Shown in pieces: positions 1-10,505 of a DNA stretch of 64,000 nucleotides. The position numbers were made by a program, and so were the translations under genes. The stretch is taken from positions 5,394,001-5,458,000 of the forward strand of contig CM059433.1 of NCBI GenBank assembly GCA_030390025.1. Direction: 5' to 3'. A model generated the notes under the pieces. That model searched no databases and was not told the DNA's origin. It worked only from the letters and a program-made list of their open reading frames with translations. The stretch comes from Squalus acanthias. Lineage: Eukaryota. Position 1 is the first letter of the stretch. Each line of letters starts with the position of its first letter.

Positions 1-1
1 C

Positions 2-2779
2 AAGACAGTTTGCACAGAACTCGCGGACTTGTTCCCTGAGCCCTGGCCACCATCCCGCTTGCTCTACCCGTTGCCAGGTAACCTCGGGCCCGGGGTGCCC
101 GGCCCCTGGTCCCTCGTGAGCCAACTGGAGGAATTCCCTCCTGTGCTGCTGCGGCACAACCCACTGCTCCTCGCGGAACAGCATGCCTTCCTTAACTGAG
201 AGGGTTGCCGTACTGTACGGACCTTCTACCTGCCTCCCCTCAGCAATCGGTTTTAGGACTGCTTTTAGGGCGGGATCCTGGGCTTGGACGGTCTTGAGGT
301 CTAGGGGCAATGCTACCCTGGTGTTCCCGGTATTCCCGTCCCCGCCTCGGACCGCTGCTATGGGTCCGGTCCTATAGGGGTTCCAGAAAGTGCCGTCGCG
401 GGCACCCTCCCTGGCTAGCGCATCCGCCTGCCGGTTGCCCTCCCCACGGGGCTCTGTGGAGGAGTGAGCTTTCACCTTATGGATGAAAATCTCTCCTTCC
501 TCCCCTACTGCAGCTGCTAAGATCTTTTCCAGCAAGGGCTTCACCGTTAAAGGTCGCCCGTCCGCGGAGGTGTATCCGCGGCGGGACCAAATGGCCAGGT
601 ATTCCGTACACGAATTGCAGGTGAACATACTGTCCGAGCAAATCGTGTATGGGGTTGGGAAAATGTCTGGGTGGGTCACAACGTACACCACGGCAGACAG
701 CTCAGCCTGCTGCGCGCTCATGGTGCTAGGGAGCTTGATCGCCAGGGCAAGGTCTGCCGCAGGGTCATAAACTCCACACCCTGTGAGTCGCTCGCCAGCA
801 GACACTGTGCTAGACCCATCAACATAAATCTCGCGCCCAGTGGGATGTATCCCGGCCCGTAAACCTATGTTGACGTCCCACACCCCTTCCACCGAACACC
901 GGTGGGCTGTACCGGGGTATACCAAATTGGCCGCAAGCCTGGGCTCGCAAAGACCTTTTACTCTAAGATCCAACTGGGAGAGAAGAAGGGTCCAACGCGC
1001 AATGCGTGCGCTGCTTACGGTCCCGTCTTTAATCCTCCCATCCAGAAGCATCTTAGTTGGTGTGTGATGTGTGAGGAGAGTGATGGGAGAGAGCCCTGTG
1101 AAGATCGCTGATCTTTTCACAGCCCAATGCGTGGCTAAAAGGTGCCTTTCGCAATTGGAGAAACTTCTCTCCACATCCGTTAATACCCTGGATGAATAGA
1201 CAACCGGCCTCAGCTTGCCGTGACGCTCTTGGAGCAGCACGGCGCTTAAGCTGTCTCCGCTGGCAGCTACCTCCAGGAAAAACTCCTTCCCCCCATCTAT
1301 GGCCCCTAAGGCTGGCGCGGTCTGCAGATCCCTTTTTAACTTCTCGAAGGCTGCTTGGCAGCCCTCGTCCCAAAGCCACTCCACCCCCTTATGGAGGAGT
1401 CGGAGGAGCGGCGCCGCTGTGGCCGCATAATCTTCGATAAAATCCCTGCAGTAACCGGTCAGTCCCAAGAAGGACCTCACACCCCTTACGTTGTTGGGAA
1501 TCGGTAATTCTTGCACCGACTCCCTCCTTGCTTTGTCTATGGCTCTTTCCCCAGCGCGTATGGTCAGTCCCAGGAATTTTACTTCCCGCTGACCGATACG
1601 TGCTTTCTTAGGGTTTATTTTAAAACCCTTTCTCGCTAACAGTTCCAATAACTCGTCCAGTAGTGGTCCGTGCTCCTCCCTTGAGTCCGTAAATAGGAGC
1701 AAATCATCCACATACTGTACTATCTGATTGGGCTGACTAAACTCCTTTAAACTTCCTGCCATACACTGATGAAAAATACTGGGGCTATTGTGGAAACCCT
1801 GTGGCAGACAGTTCCACGTGTACTGTTGCCCTTTGAACGTAAAGGCAAACTTGTACTGGTCCTCTCGCCGCAGCGGGATGGACCAAAAACCGTTCGAGAT
1901 ATCCAGCACCGTGAACGTGGTCGCGGACGCTGGGATGCTCCCTATTAGGTCAGCAACTGCTGCTACTGTGGGCGCGCAGGCGGGAATGTTACTGTTAAGG
2001 ACTCTGTAGTCCACCGTGGCTCTCCACGAATTATCCGGCTTCCTAACCGGCCATAATGGGGAGTTTACGTGTGTGGCTATCGGCCTTAACACGCCCTGCT
2101 GCACCAAGGAAGACATTGCTGTCTCCATATCGGGTTCTGCTTCTTTGGGGAAGTTATACTGCTTTTGGGGTCGGGTCATGGGGTCCCCATCTACGCTGAC
2201 CTCAAACCCGACCACTCTCCCACAATCGTGCTTGTGGGTTGCAAACGCGTGCATATTATCTGACACGTACGTTTGCATGTCCGTTGGGACATCTGCGACC
2301 ATAAGCCTGAGGTCGTAGCCTCCGGATGGCTGTACGGTACACAGGACCCCTGTTTCTTCCTCCCCCAGAATCACTATTACCTCGCCTTTTTCACCTTTAG
2401 CCCCCCAGAGACAGTGATTTCTGAGGTCCACGAGGATCCCGTGTCCCGCTAGGAGATCGGACCCGAGAATACCTCTTCCACCCCCCTTTTGCCATGCCAT
2501 CAGTATACACTTCCACTTAAGGCGAAGTGTTCCTAAACGAATGGATAGCGGAAGGGAAAACGTGCCAGCCTGTTCTTTTCCTGTGAACCCTGCCAACGTG
2601 AATGGGACCTTGGTAGATAGCGGCGAGTCAAAAGGGTTATCTGTATGGATTATGGTGCAAGAAGCTCCCGTGTCCAACAAATAACTGCCCTTCTGTTTCT
2701 CTACCTCCATCTCCACCACAGGTCGCCTCCACGCATCATAGCTAAGCGGACACAGGTAGACGGGCTGTGCTGGTTCTAG
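2..2779 (-). CDS. pol: Pol polyprotein (protease-RT-tether-RNase H-integrase N-terminus), 3'-incomplete at window edge
   Basis: Manual translation in the gag frame. Motifs: YLLDTGAS (D at 2672-2674), LPQGFHNSP (~1781-1807), QYVDDL (YVDD 1703-1714), SFLGLTGYCR, IYVDGS (812-829), SAQQAEL, ICSDS, KVKAHS, GNRQADALA, and integrase H(EGPGAG)H...CANC at ~5-120. Absent from the ORF track, consistent with no stop before the window edge. Confidence 0.93.
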
Positions 2780-4591
2780 TCATGGGGCACTATTAGACGG
2801 TCCTGCGGCACCTACGGGGCCGGTTGCGACCGCCACCTGTCCACGCGCATTCAAAACCAGCTTGCGCATGGCTCCTAACACTGCTTCGAGGTCGTCGGGA
2901 GGGGTGGGTGCCTTGGCTTCCTTAGCCGGGACAGGCGCCTGGGCTCGGACCGCGGGATTTTTATCCTTGGAATCTTTCCAAGGGTTCCTGCAATGCTTGC
3001 GCCAGTGCCCTGTCTTCCCACACCCGTAACAAGCACTACTTGCCTGTGGGGCGCGATTACCCTCCTGATGCCACTCTCTTTGATACGGGGCTGCGGGTCG
3101 TACCTCATGTACTCTTCCCTTAAAGGGACGTGTCGTCATACCCCTTATATTACGATAACCTAACGTGAGTCGATTCAAGACCGACTCTTCCGTAAGGTTG
3201 AGGTCATTGGGATCAAACCATGCTTTTGCCTGCTCTCTAACGGCTGGTAAACTGTTGGCTATTATGCACCTAAGCCAATGAGTTAGAGCGGCGCCTTCCA
3301 CATCTTCGCGCTCGGGCGCACCTAGACAGCTGCGCTCATATACTGGCCACAGCCTGTCGGCAAAAACCTTCGGGGGTTCTCCCTCCATCTGCACTGTCTG
3401 TCCCACTCTAGCAAACGGACCTCCGTCGTTCGCCCCCAACACTTCTAGGACCTCATTCTTTAATTCCTCATAACTCTTGTTTCCCCTTTTGCTCTCGCCT
3501 GAGAGACACTGAAGGACCGAGCTGTCTAATGAGAACAGCAGCATTTTTGCTGTCTCCCCATCATCGCAGCCGTTAATGGCTGCGGCTTGCTCAACTTCTC
3601 TGAAATGTACGGAAGGGTCGTCTATCTCGGTCAGCTTCCGTACGTGATTTATCATAGCTCTCAGCTGATGTGAACTGTGAGGCAACACCAGCTGTCCGAG
3701 GAGATCCCCCGGTTCTTCCCCACCGTTTCTGCTTGGGCCCCTTTTAATACCCGTTACTGGATACAGCGATCCCTTTTCTACTTCCTTTTCAATGGGCTCT
3801 TTTGTTTCTTCCATTGCTTCCTCCCTAACCCAGGTTTCTGAATAGCTGGGTGGCGCGGAGGGCGCAGTGGCTACTACTTCTTCTGCTTTACTTGGTGGGG
3901 ACTTTCTAAATCTCTCATTTACTAGCGGCTGGTGCGCCGACGGATTGATAAGGCACACCATGCCGTTCGCATCGTTCACGGCCTTTTTGAGGTTCTCTAT
4001 CTCCCTTTGGCAGGCGCTATGATCGGCTCCCTGAAACTTATCCTCAAGGGCCAACTTATATGCCGACCTAACCCCCATTAAGCTCTCTTCTTGAGTTCTT
4101 ATCTGGGCAGCTTGGCGGTTACATCTTTCCTTTAACCTGCTCTCATTCAATTTTGCCTCAGTGACCTGGCACTCGAGATAATCTATCCTTGTTTTAAGGT
4201 GACTGGAGACTTCCTGGCTTTCTTGGTGTAACTCATTTAAATTCTTAATGAGCACCTCCCCTCCAGAAACCTTCTCCTCCATTTCTCCCTCTAAATGACT
4301 GATTCGAGCTACTAGCGCCGTAATGGTCTGGTTTGAAATCTGAACCTGCCTTTTGTAGCACATAAGCCAGACTGCTTTCTCAAGTGTCTTTCTATGTTCT
4401 TTACTATCTGTCCACCTTTCAGCTGCCTCTAGTGGGCTCTTATCCGCTAACAATTCACTTATCCATTTCTTAGTTAGATTAACCTTTCCAAACACATAAT
4501 CCGCTATCTTTTCCTGCATAACATTTCGTACAGTCATTCCAAAATCTAACACACTACCCTCTCGCTGCCAGTGTCCTGCCGCGGTCGCCAT
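2780..4591 (-). CDS. gag: Gag polyprotein (603 aa from ATG at 4591)
   Basis: ORF track 2780..4642 (its start lies inside the LTR); first ATG is at 4589-4591. Contains a coiled-coil-like N-half, PSAPPSY, MHR-like QMEGEPPKVFADRL and CCHC knuckle CYGCGKTGHWRKHC. Confidence 0.92.
   Translation of the reverse strand: MATAAGHWQREGSVLDFGMTVRNVMQEKIADYVFGKVNLTKKWISELLADKSPLEAAERWTDSKEHRKTLEKAVWLMCYKRQVQISNQTITALVARISHLEGEMEEKVSGGEVLIKNLNELHQESQEVSSHLKTRIDYLECQVTEAKLNESRLKERCNRQAAQIRTQEESLMGVRSAYKLALEDKFQGADHSACQREIENLKKAVNDANGMVCLINPSAHQPLVNERFRKSPPSKAEEVVATAPSAPPSYSETWVREEAMEETKEPIEKEVEKGSLYPVTGIKRGPSRNGGEEPGDLLGQLVLPHSSHQLRAMINHVRKLTEIDDPSVHFREVEQAAAINGCDDGETAKMLLFSLDSSVLQCLSGESKRGNKSYEELKNEVLEVLGANDGGPFARVGQTVQMEGEPPKVFADRLWPVYERSCLGAPEREDVEGAALTHWLRCIIANSLPAVREQAKAWFDPNDLNLTEESVLNRLTLGYRNIRGMTTRPFKGRVHEVRPAAPYQREWHQEGNRAPQASSACYGCGKTGHWRKHCRNPWKDSKDKNPAVRAQAPVPAKEAKAPTPPDDLEAVLGAMRKLVLNARGQVAVATGPVGAAGPSNSAP
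4573..4590 (-). promoter_or_regulatory. Primer binding site (tRNA-Ser-like)
   Basis: TGGCGACCGCGGCAGGAC starts 5 nt after the LTR end (..CCCTTACA GAAAA TGG..). It resembles the complement of tRNA-Ser 3' ends (TGGCG....GGCAGGA). Confidence 0.7.
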
Positions 4592-4595
4592 TTTC

Positions 4596-6319
4596 TGTAA
4601 GGGATTCCTGACCCTGCGTGTCTCGCAGCCTGTGAGATTCACGCGGCTCTGTGCAGCCTGTATGTCAGTGCGGGTCTAGGCCTGGTTGCCTGTTCTGGTC
4701 TCCAGCCAGTCTGGGAACACTAGACACACCTGTGAGTGGTTCGAATCACTCTCCCTTACGGTTCTAGACACTGGACTTAGATGCGAGAGCAGTAATGGAG
4801 ATAAAACTCATGTAGACTTGGTTTGAATGGTACGAAATGGAAAATCTTTATTGCATGATGCTTAAGATTATGAAATACATGTCATAAGCACAGATTAATG
4901 ACAGTACAATCTTACAAACAGTTATATAGTCGATCTTAGGGAAACGAGGAACGAACGGCACAAAGTAAATAGGGGCACACATTACAAATATCCTTAATCC
5001 TTAAACCCTCCCCTATCAATATCTATCCTAAACTAGCTTCGTAGGATCTCGAGACTCATGCTCACCACTCGTGATAACTCGGAGAAATTCCGAATAGCTG
5101 ATCGGATGTTTTTCACCGCAGCACCCACGTGTCGGTCAGGAGATCTCCTGGTCCCACTTGTTTACTTGCTTCTGCTGCTCCGGCTAGCAGGCTGGACCGT
5201 CTGCTGTGATGAAGACCTGTGTTGGTTGGTTTAACAGGTACTCTTGGAGCACAGTTGTCAATATCATCGATACGATGTGTTTTCACGTTCCAATCTCCTT
5301 GGACACAGTCCCGTTATCGTCGATGCAATATGTTTTGTTAAAAAGTTCAAAATAGAAATCTTCCTGGCGAGGAAAACTTGGCTGATCGACCTACAGGCGC
5401 GGTCGGGATTTACTGACCGTGGCGATGGATATGGTCTTCCTCTCTTCTCATCTCATCTCATCTCATCTCATCTCATCTCGGGCCTTTGGTTCCGCTGCCA
5501 GTTACCAACATAGGTCTTCGTTACGCGACACGAGGTAGATCCGAACGGATCAGAAAGTTCAACAGTCTTTTCAGAAGAGGCAACAGGCAAGCCGAAGCCC
5601 AACTACGAGTACACGGGAGCAGCCACGAGGTTACGAATCGACCGGATAAAAACACAGGAGCAAGCGAGCGAATGCAAGAGCAAGAGAGAGAATGGACGGT
5701 TTGGAGCCTGCAATTATAGTGCAAAAATCTTCCGTTTCCCGCCCAACTATAATGTCCATTCTTTTGTTTAGGGTTTGGCGCCCAAATGTCTTGTATGGGT
5801 GATCTCCGTTCTTAATGGGTTTCGGGGCTACTCATAAATGTCTGAGTACCTGTTAATATTTCTCCCATTGTTAAATCGGTCGGTGTTCTCCCTGGAGGGG
5901 TTTGGGGCTTCCAAGTGTCCTGTATAACTACCTGCTAACGGCTCTCTCATCGTAGAGTCGTTGGGATTTTACATATTAATGTCTTTTGGATGGGCCCTTG
6001 ATTACTCGGTACAATGGCTTTCCTTTGTACCTGGGAGACCGATTCCAGTATCTATGTTTATACTGCAAACCCATAATGTCTCGTGTATTATCTTCACTGT
6101 GCTGAATCGTTATCGATCTTGCACAAATGTTTAATGGAACGCCATCTTGTCTGCCTGTTGCAAAGTCTAGAATGTTCTGTCACGAGGTGCGGCGGCCATT
6201 TTACAGGCTGCTTGTGTCCAATTTAAACCTGCCAGCATTCTACTGAAATAAAAGCTGTTTGAACGAAACTTTGTGTTTTCTCCTTATTAATCAAATCGCG
6301 ATATATTGCGAATTCTACA
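4596..6319 (-). mobile_element. 5' LTR (~1.72 kb) of the provirus
   Basis: Reverse complement begins TGTAGAATTCGC and ends CCCTTACA. Collinear with solo LTR 31642-33340. Contains a TATA-like CTATAATT, AATAAA and (ATGAG)n. Confidence 0.93.
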
Positions 6320-7138
6320 CTTGCCAGCCCTGGGGAGGCAGGTTTGGAGGCGGGACTGCTGGGAAAATGGCAGAATTTGGGGGTGGGTGCCCAACCCGCC
6401 TCCGTGCCATCTTCCCAGGAGGCGGGTAGCCGTCCCACGCCGGGTCCCGTCTCCTTGGAGGCGGGAAGGGATTAAAGCCTATTAACTGCCTGTTAACAGG
6501 TAGTTAACAGGCAGAAAATAGGATTATCCCCTTTTTGCCCTCACAAGTGCGGGCTTCCCGAAGGCTCCGAAACCCACCAGCTCAGCGAGGCGAGTACTGG
6601 GTCTGTGGGGGTCGGGGGGGGGGGGCAAAAGTGTGGTGTGAAGGTGAGTGATGGGTGCAAGTGTGGAGAGGTGAGTATCTGAGGTAAGTGCAAAGTGTTA
6701 GTAAAAGTTTACTTACCTTTGTTTCTTCCTGCAGGCTATAGTCGGTGGGTATGTGGAGAGTCTCGGACCTCCGCGGTAGAGATGACAGATGACCGTTGCA
6801 TTCTGCAATGCAACAACCATCTCATTTCTGCAAAAGAAAGAAGTTTGATGAGGTCTTGAATTCAAGACCTCATCAAACTACAGAGAATGTCAGTGTTTGA
6901 CAGCTTCACAGAGCTGTTAAACGATGACAATTCATCTGTCAAAAATTTTTGACAGAGGAAACATCAAACGTTGACGTTCTCTGCAATCGGCTTTCCCTTA
7001 ATTGGCCTGCTGAGCGGGCTTAACAAGGTCAATCAAGGGAAAATAGCGTGGGTTGGTCAGAAGTTGTTGGAGGCGGGACTGAAACCCGACAAGTGGGAGT
7101 CCCGCCTCCAAATGCTCCCCATTGGCAAAATCCAGCCC
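6320..7138. mobile_element. Non-autonomous DNA transposon (Harbinger-type MITE), left TIR cut by the provirus
   Basis: Right end AAAATCCAGCCC is the same TIR as in 14796-15536. The left-end TTGCCAG..GGAG..TTTGGAGGCGGGACT mirrors the right subterminal region but lacks GGGCTGGAT. Confidence 0.7.
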
Positions 7139-7330
7139 CAAGGATTCCAATGTTAAATTTGAGGCACTGGGGTTTGGGGAATCAATCTAAGTCAGCAAGG
7201 ACAGGGGTGATAGAGAGCAGGACGTGGTGTCAGATAGGATATGGACAGCAGAGTTTTGGGCAATCTGCTTTACAAAGGGTGTAGGGTGGGAGAACTGGTG
7301 CAATCGAGTCTGACGCTGGCGAAGATATCA

Positions 7331-8530
7331 GAGAATCACAGAACGATCCAGCACAGGAGGAGGCCATTCGGCCCAGCGTGCCCGTGCCGGCTCTTTGGCA
7401 GAGCTCTCCAATTAGTCCCACTCCCCCTGCTCTTTCCCCACAGCCCTGTCATTGTTTTCCCTTCAAGTGTTGATCTAATTCCCTTTTGAAGGTTACTCTT
7501 GAATCTGCTTCCACCGCCCTTTCAGGCAGCGCGTTCCAGATCACGCGCTGTGTGAAAAAATGTTTCCTCATGTCACCTCTGGTCCTTTTGCCAATCACCT
7601 AAAATCTGGGTCCTCTGGTTACCGACCCTTCTGCAACTGGAAACAGTTTCTCCTTATTTACGTTGTCAAAACCATTCATCATTTCAAAGAACCTCTATCA
7701 AATCTCCTCTTAACCTTCTCTGCTCTGAGGAAAACAACCCCAGCTTCTCCAGTCTCTCCACATAACTGAAGTCCCTCATCCCTGGAACCATTCTAGTAAA
7801 TCTCCTCTGCACCCTCTCCAAGGCCTTGACATCCTTCCTAAAGTGCGGTGCCCAGAATTGATCACAATACCCCAGCTGAGGCCTAGCCAGTGTTTTATAA
7901 AGGTTTAGCATAACTTCCTTGCTTTTGTACTCTATGCCTCTATTAATAAAGCCAAGGATCCAGTATGCCTTTTTAACAGCCTCCTCAACTTGTCCTGACA
8001 CCTTCAAAGACTTGTGTACGTACACCCCCAGTTCTCTCTGTTCCTGCACCCCCCTTTAAAATTGTACCATTTAGTTTATATTGCCTCTCCTCACTCTTCA
8101 TACAAAAATGTATCACTTCATATTTCTCTGCTTCATATTTCATCTGCCGTGTGTCTTCCCATTTCACCAGTCTGTCTGTGTCCTCCTGGAGTCTGTTACT
8201 ATCCTCCTCACTGTTTACTACATTTCTGAGTTTCGTGTCATATGCCCTGTATACCCAAGTCTAGGTCATTAATATATATCAAAAAGAGCAGTGGACCTAA
8301 TACCAACCCCTGGGGAACACCACTGTACACTTCCCTCCAGTCTTAAAAACAACTGTTCACCACTACTCTCTGCTTTCTGTCCCTTAGCCAATTTCATATC
8401 CATGCTGCCACTCTCCCTTTAATCCCATGGGCTTCAATTTTGCTTACAAGTCTATGGTACTTTGTCAAAAGCCTTTTTGAAAGTCCATATACACATTAAC
8501 CACAGTATTCTTATCAACCCTCTCCGTTAC
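7331..8530 (-). mobile_element. CR1 (HER1-like) LINE 3' fragment
   Basis: RT C-terminal peptide LERVQRRFTRMVPG..LFSSEQRRLRGDL (ORF 7684..8049) and the typical 3' tail. Confidence 0.9.
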
Positions 8531-8539
8531 TATGAGTGA

Positions 8540-9900
8540 AGATTTTAGCAGATGATGGGCTGCGGCAGAGGTGGAGGTAGGCAATGTTATGAGAAAGAGG
8601 CGGTCTTTATGACTTAAAGAATAGGGGGCTGGAAAGTCAGTTCAGGGTCGAACAAGACGCCAAGGTTGCAAGCAGCTTGAGGCAATTGCAAGGGTATAGA
8701 CTTTGTGATGGGGGCGAAGACAATGACTTCAGTCCCCTCAATGTTTAGCTAGATAAAAGTAAGTCTCATTCAAGACTGGATATCAGACAAGCAGTCTGAT
8801 AACATAGAGGACTCCAGAGGAAATGGAGGAGTGGAGCTGGGTATTGTCAGTGTACATGTGGAAACTGAACCTATCCCTTCAGATGATATCACCAAAGGGC
8901 AGACTGTAGATGACGAAAAGAAGGAGTCCAAGATTTGAATCCTTCTGTGTCTTCCAATCTGACAGTGATAGAGTGGGAAGAGAAGCCATTGTCAGAGATG
9001 CTCTGGCCACAAACAGATAGGTAAAAGTGGAACCAAGCAAGGGCAGCCCCACTAAGCTGGACAACAAAGGAGAGGCTTTGGAGCAGCATGGTGTGATCGA
9101 CCCTATCAACAGCTGCAAAAAGGTTAAGGAGGACGAGGAACATAAGGAGGGATAATGTATCACAGTGAATGTGGTTCATGACTTTGGTTAGGACTGTTTT
9201 GGCGCTCTGATTGAAGGTGATTCAAAAAGGAATTTACAGGAGAGATGTAAATGGATTTGAAAGGTGACAAAATGTTCAAGGATCTTGGAGAGGAGAGGGA
9301 GGTTGGAGATGGGATGGTAATTAGCTAGGACAGAAAGGTTGAGAGTGTGTTTTTTGAGGAGGGGGTAATGACAGCAGTTTGAAAAGGAAAAGGAGACAGT
9401 GCCTGAGGAGAGGGGAAAATCTACAATGTTGGCTAGTTTGAGGGTCCAGAAAGAAAGCTGGGTAGTCAGGAGTTTAATGGAAATGATGAGAACGGAGCAA
9501 GAGTTGAGTCTCATGGTTTAGATGAGTTTGGAGAAGGTACGGGGAAGATGACGGGGAAATTGGAGAGAGACATGATTCAAGGCTAGGGTGACAGGGACTG
9601 GGCAGGTTTGGCTTGGCGGGCAAGGGGAAGAGAGGAAGCAGCAGGGGCAGCTGACTGGATTGTCTCTATCTTGGTGATAAAGAAAAACATGAGCTCCTCA
9701 TTCTTCTTGTTAGAGGTGAGGGTGAAAAGAGCAGTGGAGAGGGGTTTAAGGAGATGGTTGGTAGTGTAGCCTGGGGCTGTTCCTCCCCTCCAGGAAGATC
9801 CTTGGAGAGTAGATGGTTCTGGCAGAGGTAAGCAAGATCCAGTGGATGTGTTCAAGCCAGTTGTGCACCAGGTGCATTCAAGTTTGCACCCCTTGGACTT
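8540..9900 (-). mobile_element. Degraded L2-like LINE fragment
   Basis: Frame-broken RT remnants: ANYHPISNLPLLSKILE, LLNLFAAVDRVDH, GAALAWF. Boundaries approximate. Confidence 0.75.
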
Positions 9901-10166
9901 GAGGGACCAAAGATGGAGCCACACCAGGGGAATGACTAGGATGTGGGATGTTGGGGATGAGGACTTTGAAAGTGGAGGTGAGGGAGTGGTTGAGCAAATC
10001 AATAGCTGCAGAGCTGTCCTGTCGAATGGAGGGTTAATGGCTAAGAGTGCAGTTGGCAGATGACAAGCGAACCAGCAGCACACAGGTAACAGATTCAAAC
10101 TCAGAAAATGTCTCCCCCAAATTGCCCGCAAAAAAAGTTTTGGCGTCAACCCAATTATATTGAGTA

Positions 10167-10331
10167 CAATGTTCCCTCTAATTTTTGGGGGGGGCCACGT
10201 GGCCCCTTTGACGAGCTGCGAGGACAATTCAAAATTCTGCGCAAGCACGGTTTTTCCATTTAAAAGCTGGAGAGCCGGCTGTGCAGGACCTCCAGAGTGC
10301 CACGCGGCCGCACAGCTTAACGGGAACGTTG
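10167..10331. mobile_element. hAT-type MITE (165 bp)
   Basis: TIRs CAATGTTCCC / GGGAACGTTG with 8-bp TSD ATTGAGTA (10159-10166, 10332-10339). Confidence 0.85.
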
Positions 10332-10505
10332 ATTGAGTACATCACGGAGCGAGGTATCCTTAGATTTCATCCTGGTCATTATTTCACAACAGGAGTCTCA
10401 TTCAGAAATCACAGTACCAAACAAATTAATTCCTCTTGCACTTCACAGTCCATGTGGCTATAGAGCTGTTTGCTTCTTCACATTGCAAATTCCTGTGAAG
10501 GGATG

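Larger units (their letters stand above)
1..6319 (-). mobile_element. Endogenous retrovirus-like provirus, 5' portion (LTR-PBS-gag-pol); 3' part lies outside the window
   Basis: 5' LTR 4596-6319 matches the solo LTRs at 31642-33340 and 16022-17673. It is followed by a PBS-like TGG motif, a gag ORF and an in-frame pol with PR, RT, tether, RNase H and integrase motifs. Confidence 0.95.

Noticed and set aside
183..2318. Many short plus-strand ORFs
   Set aside because: Antisense to pol, with no recognisable motifs.
4592..4642. Gag start at 4642 as in the ORF track
   Set aside because: Non-ATG start lying inside the LTR U5; the first ATG is at 4591.
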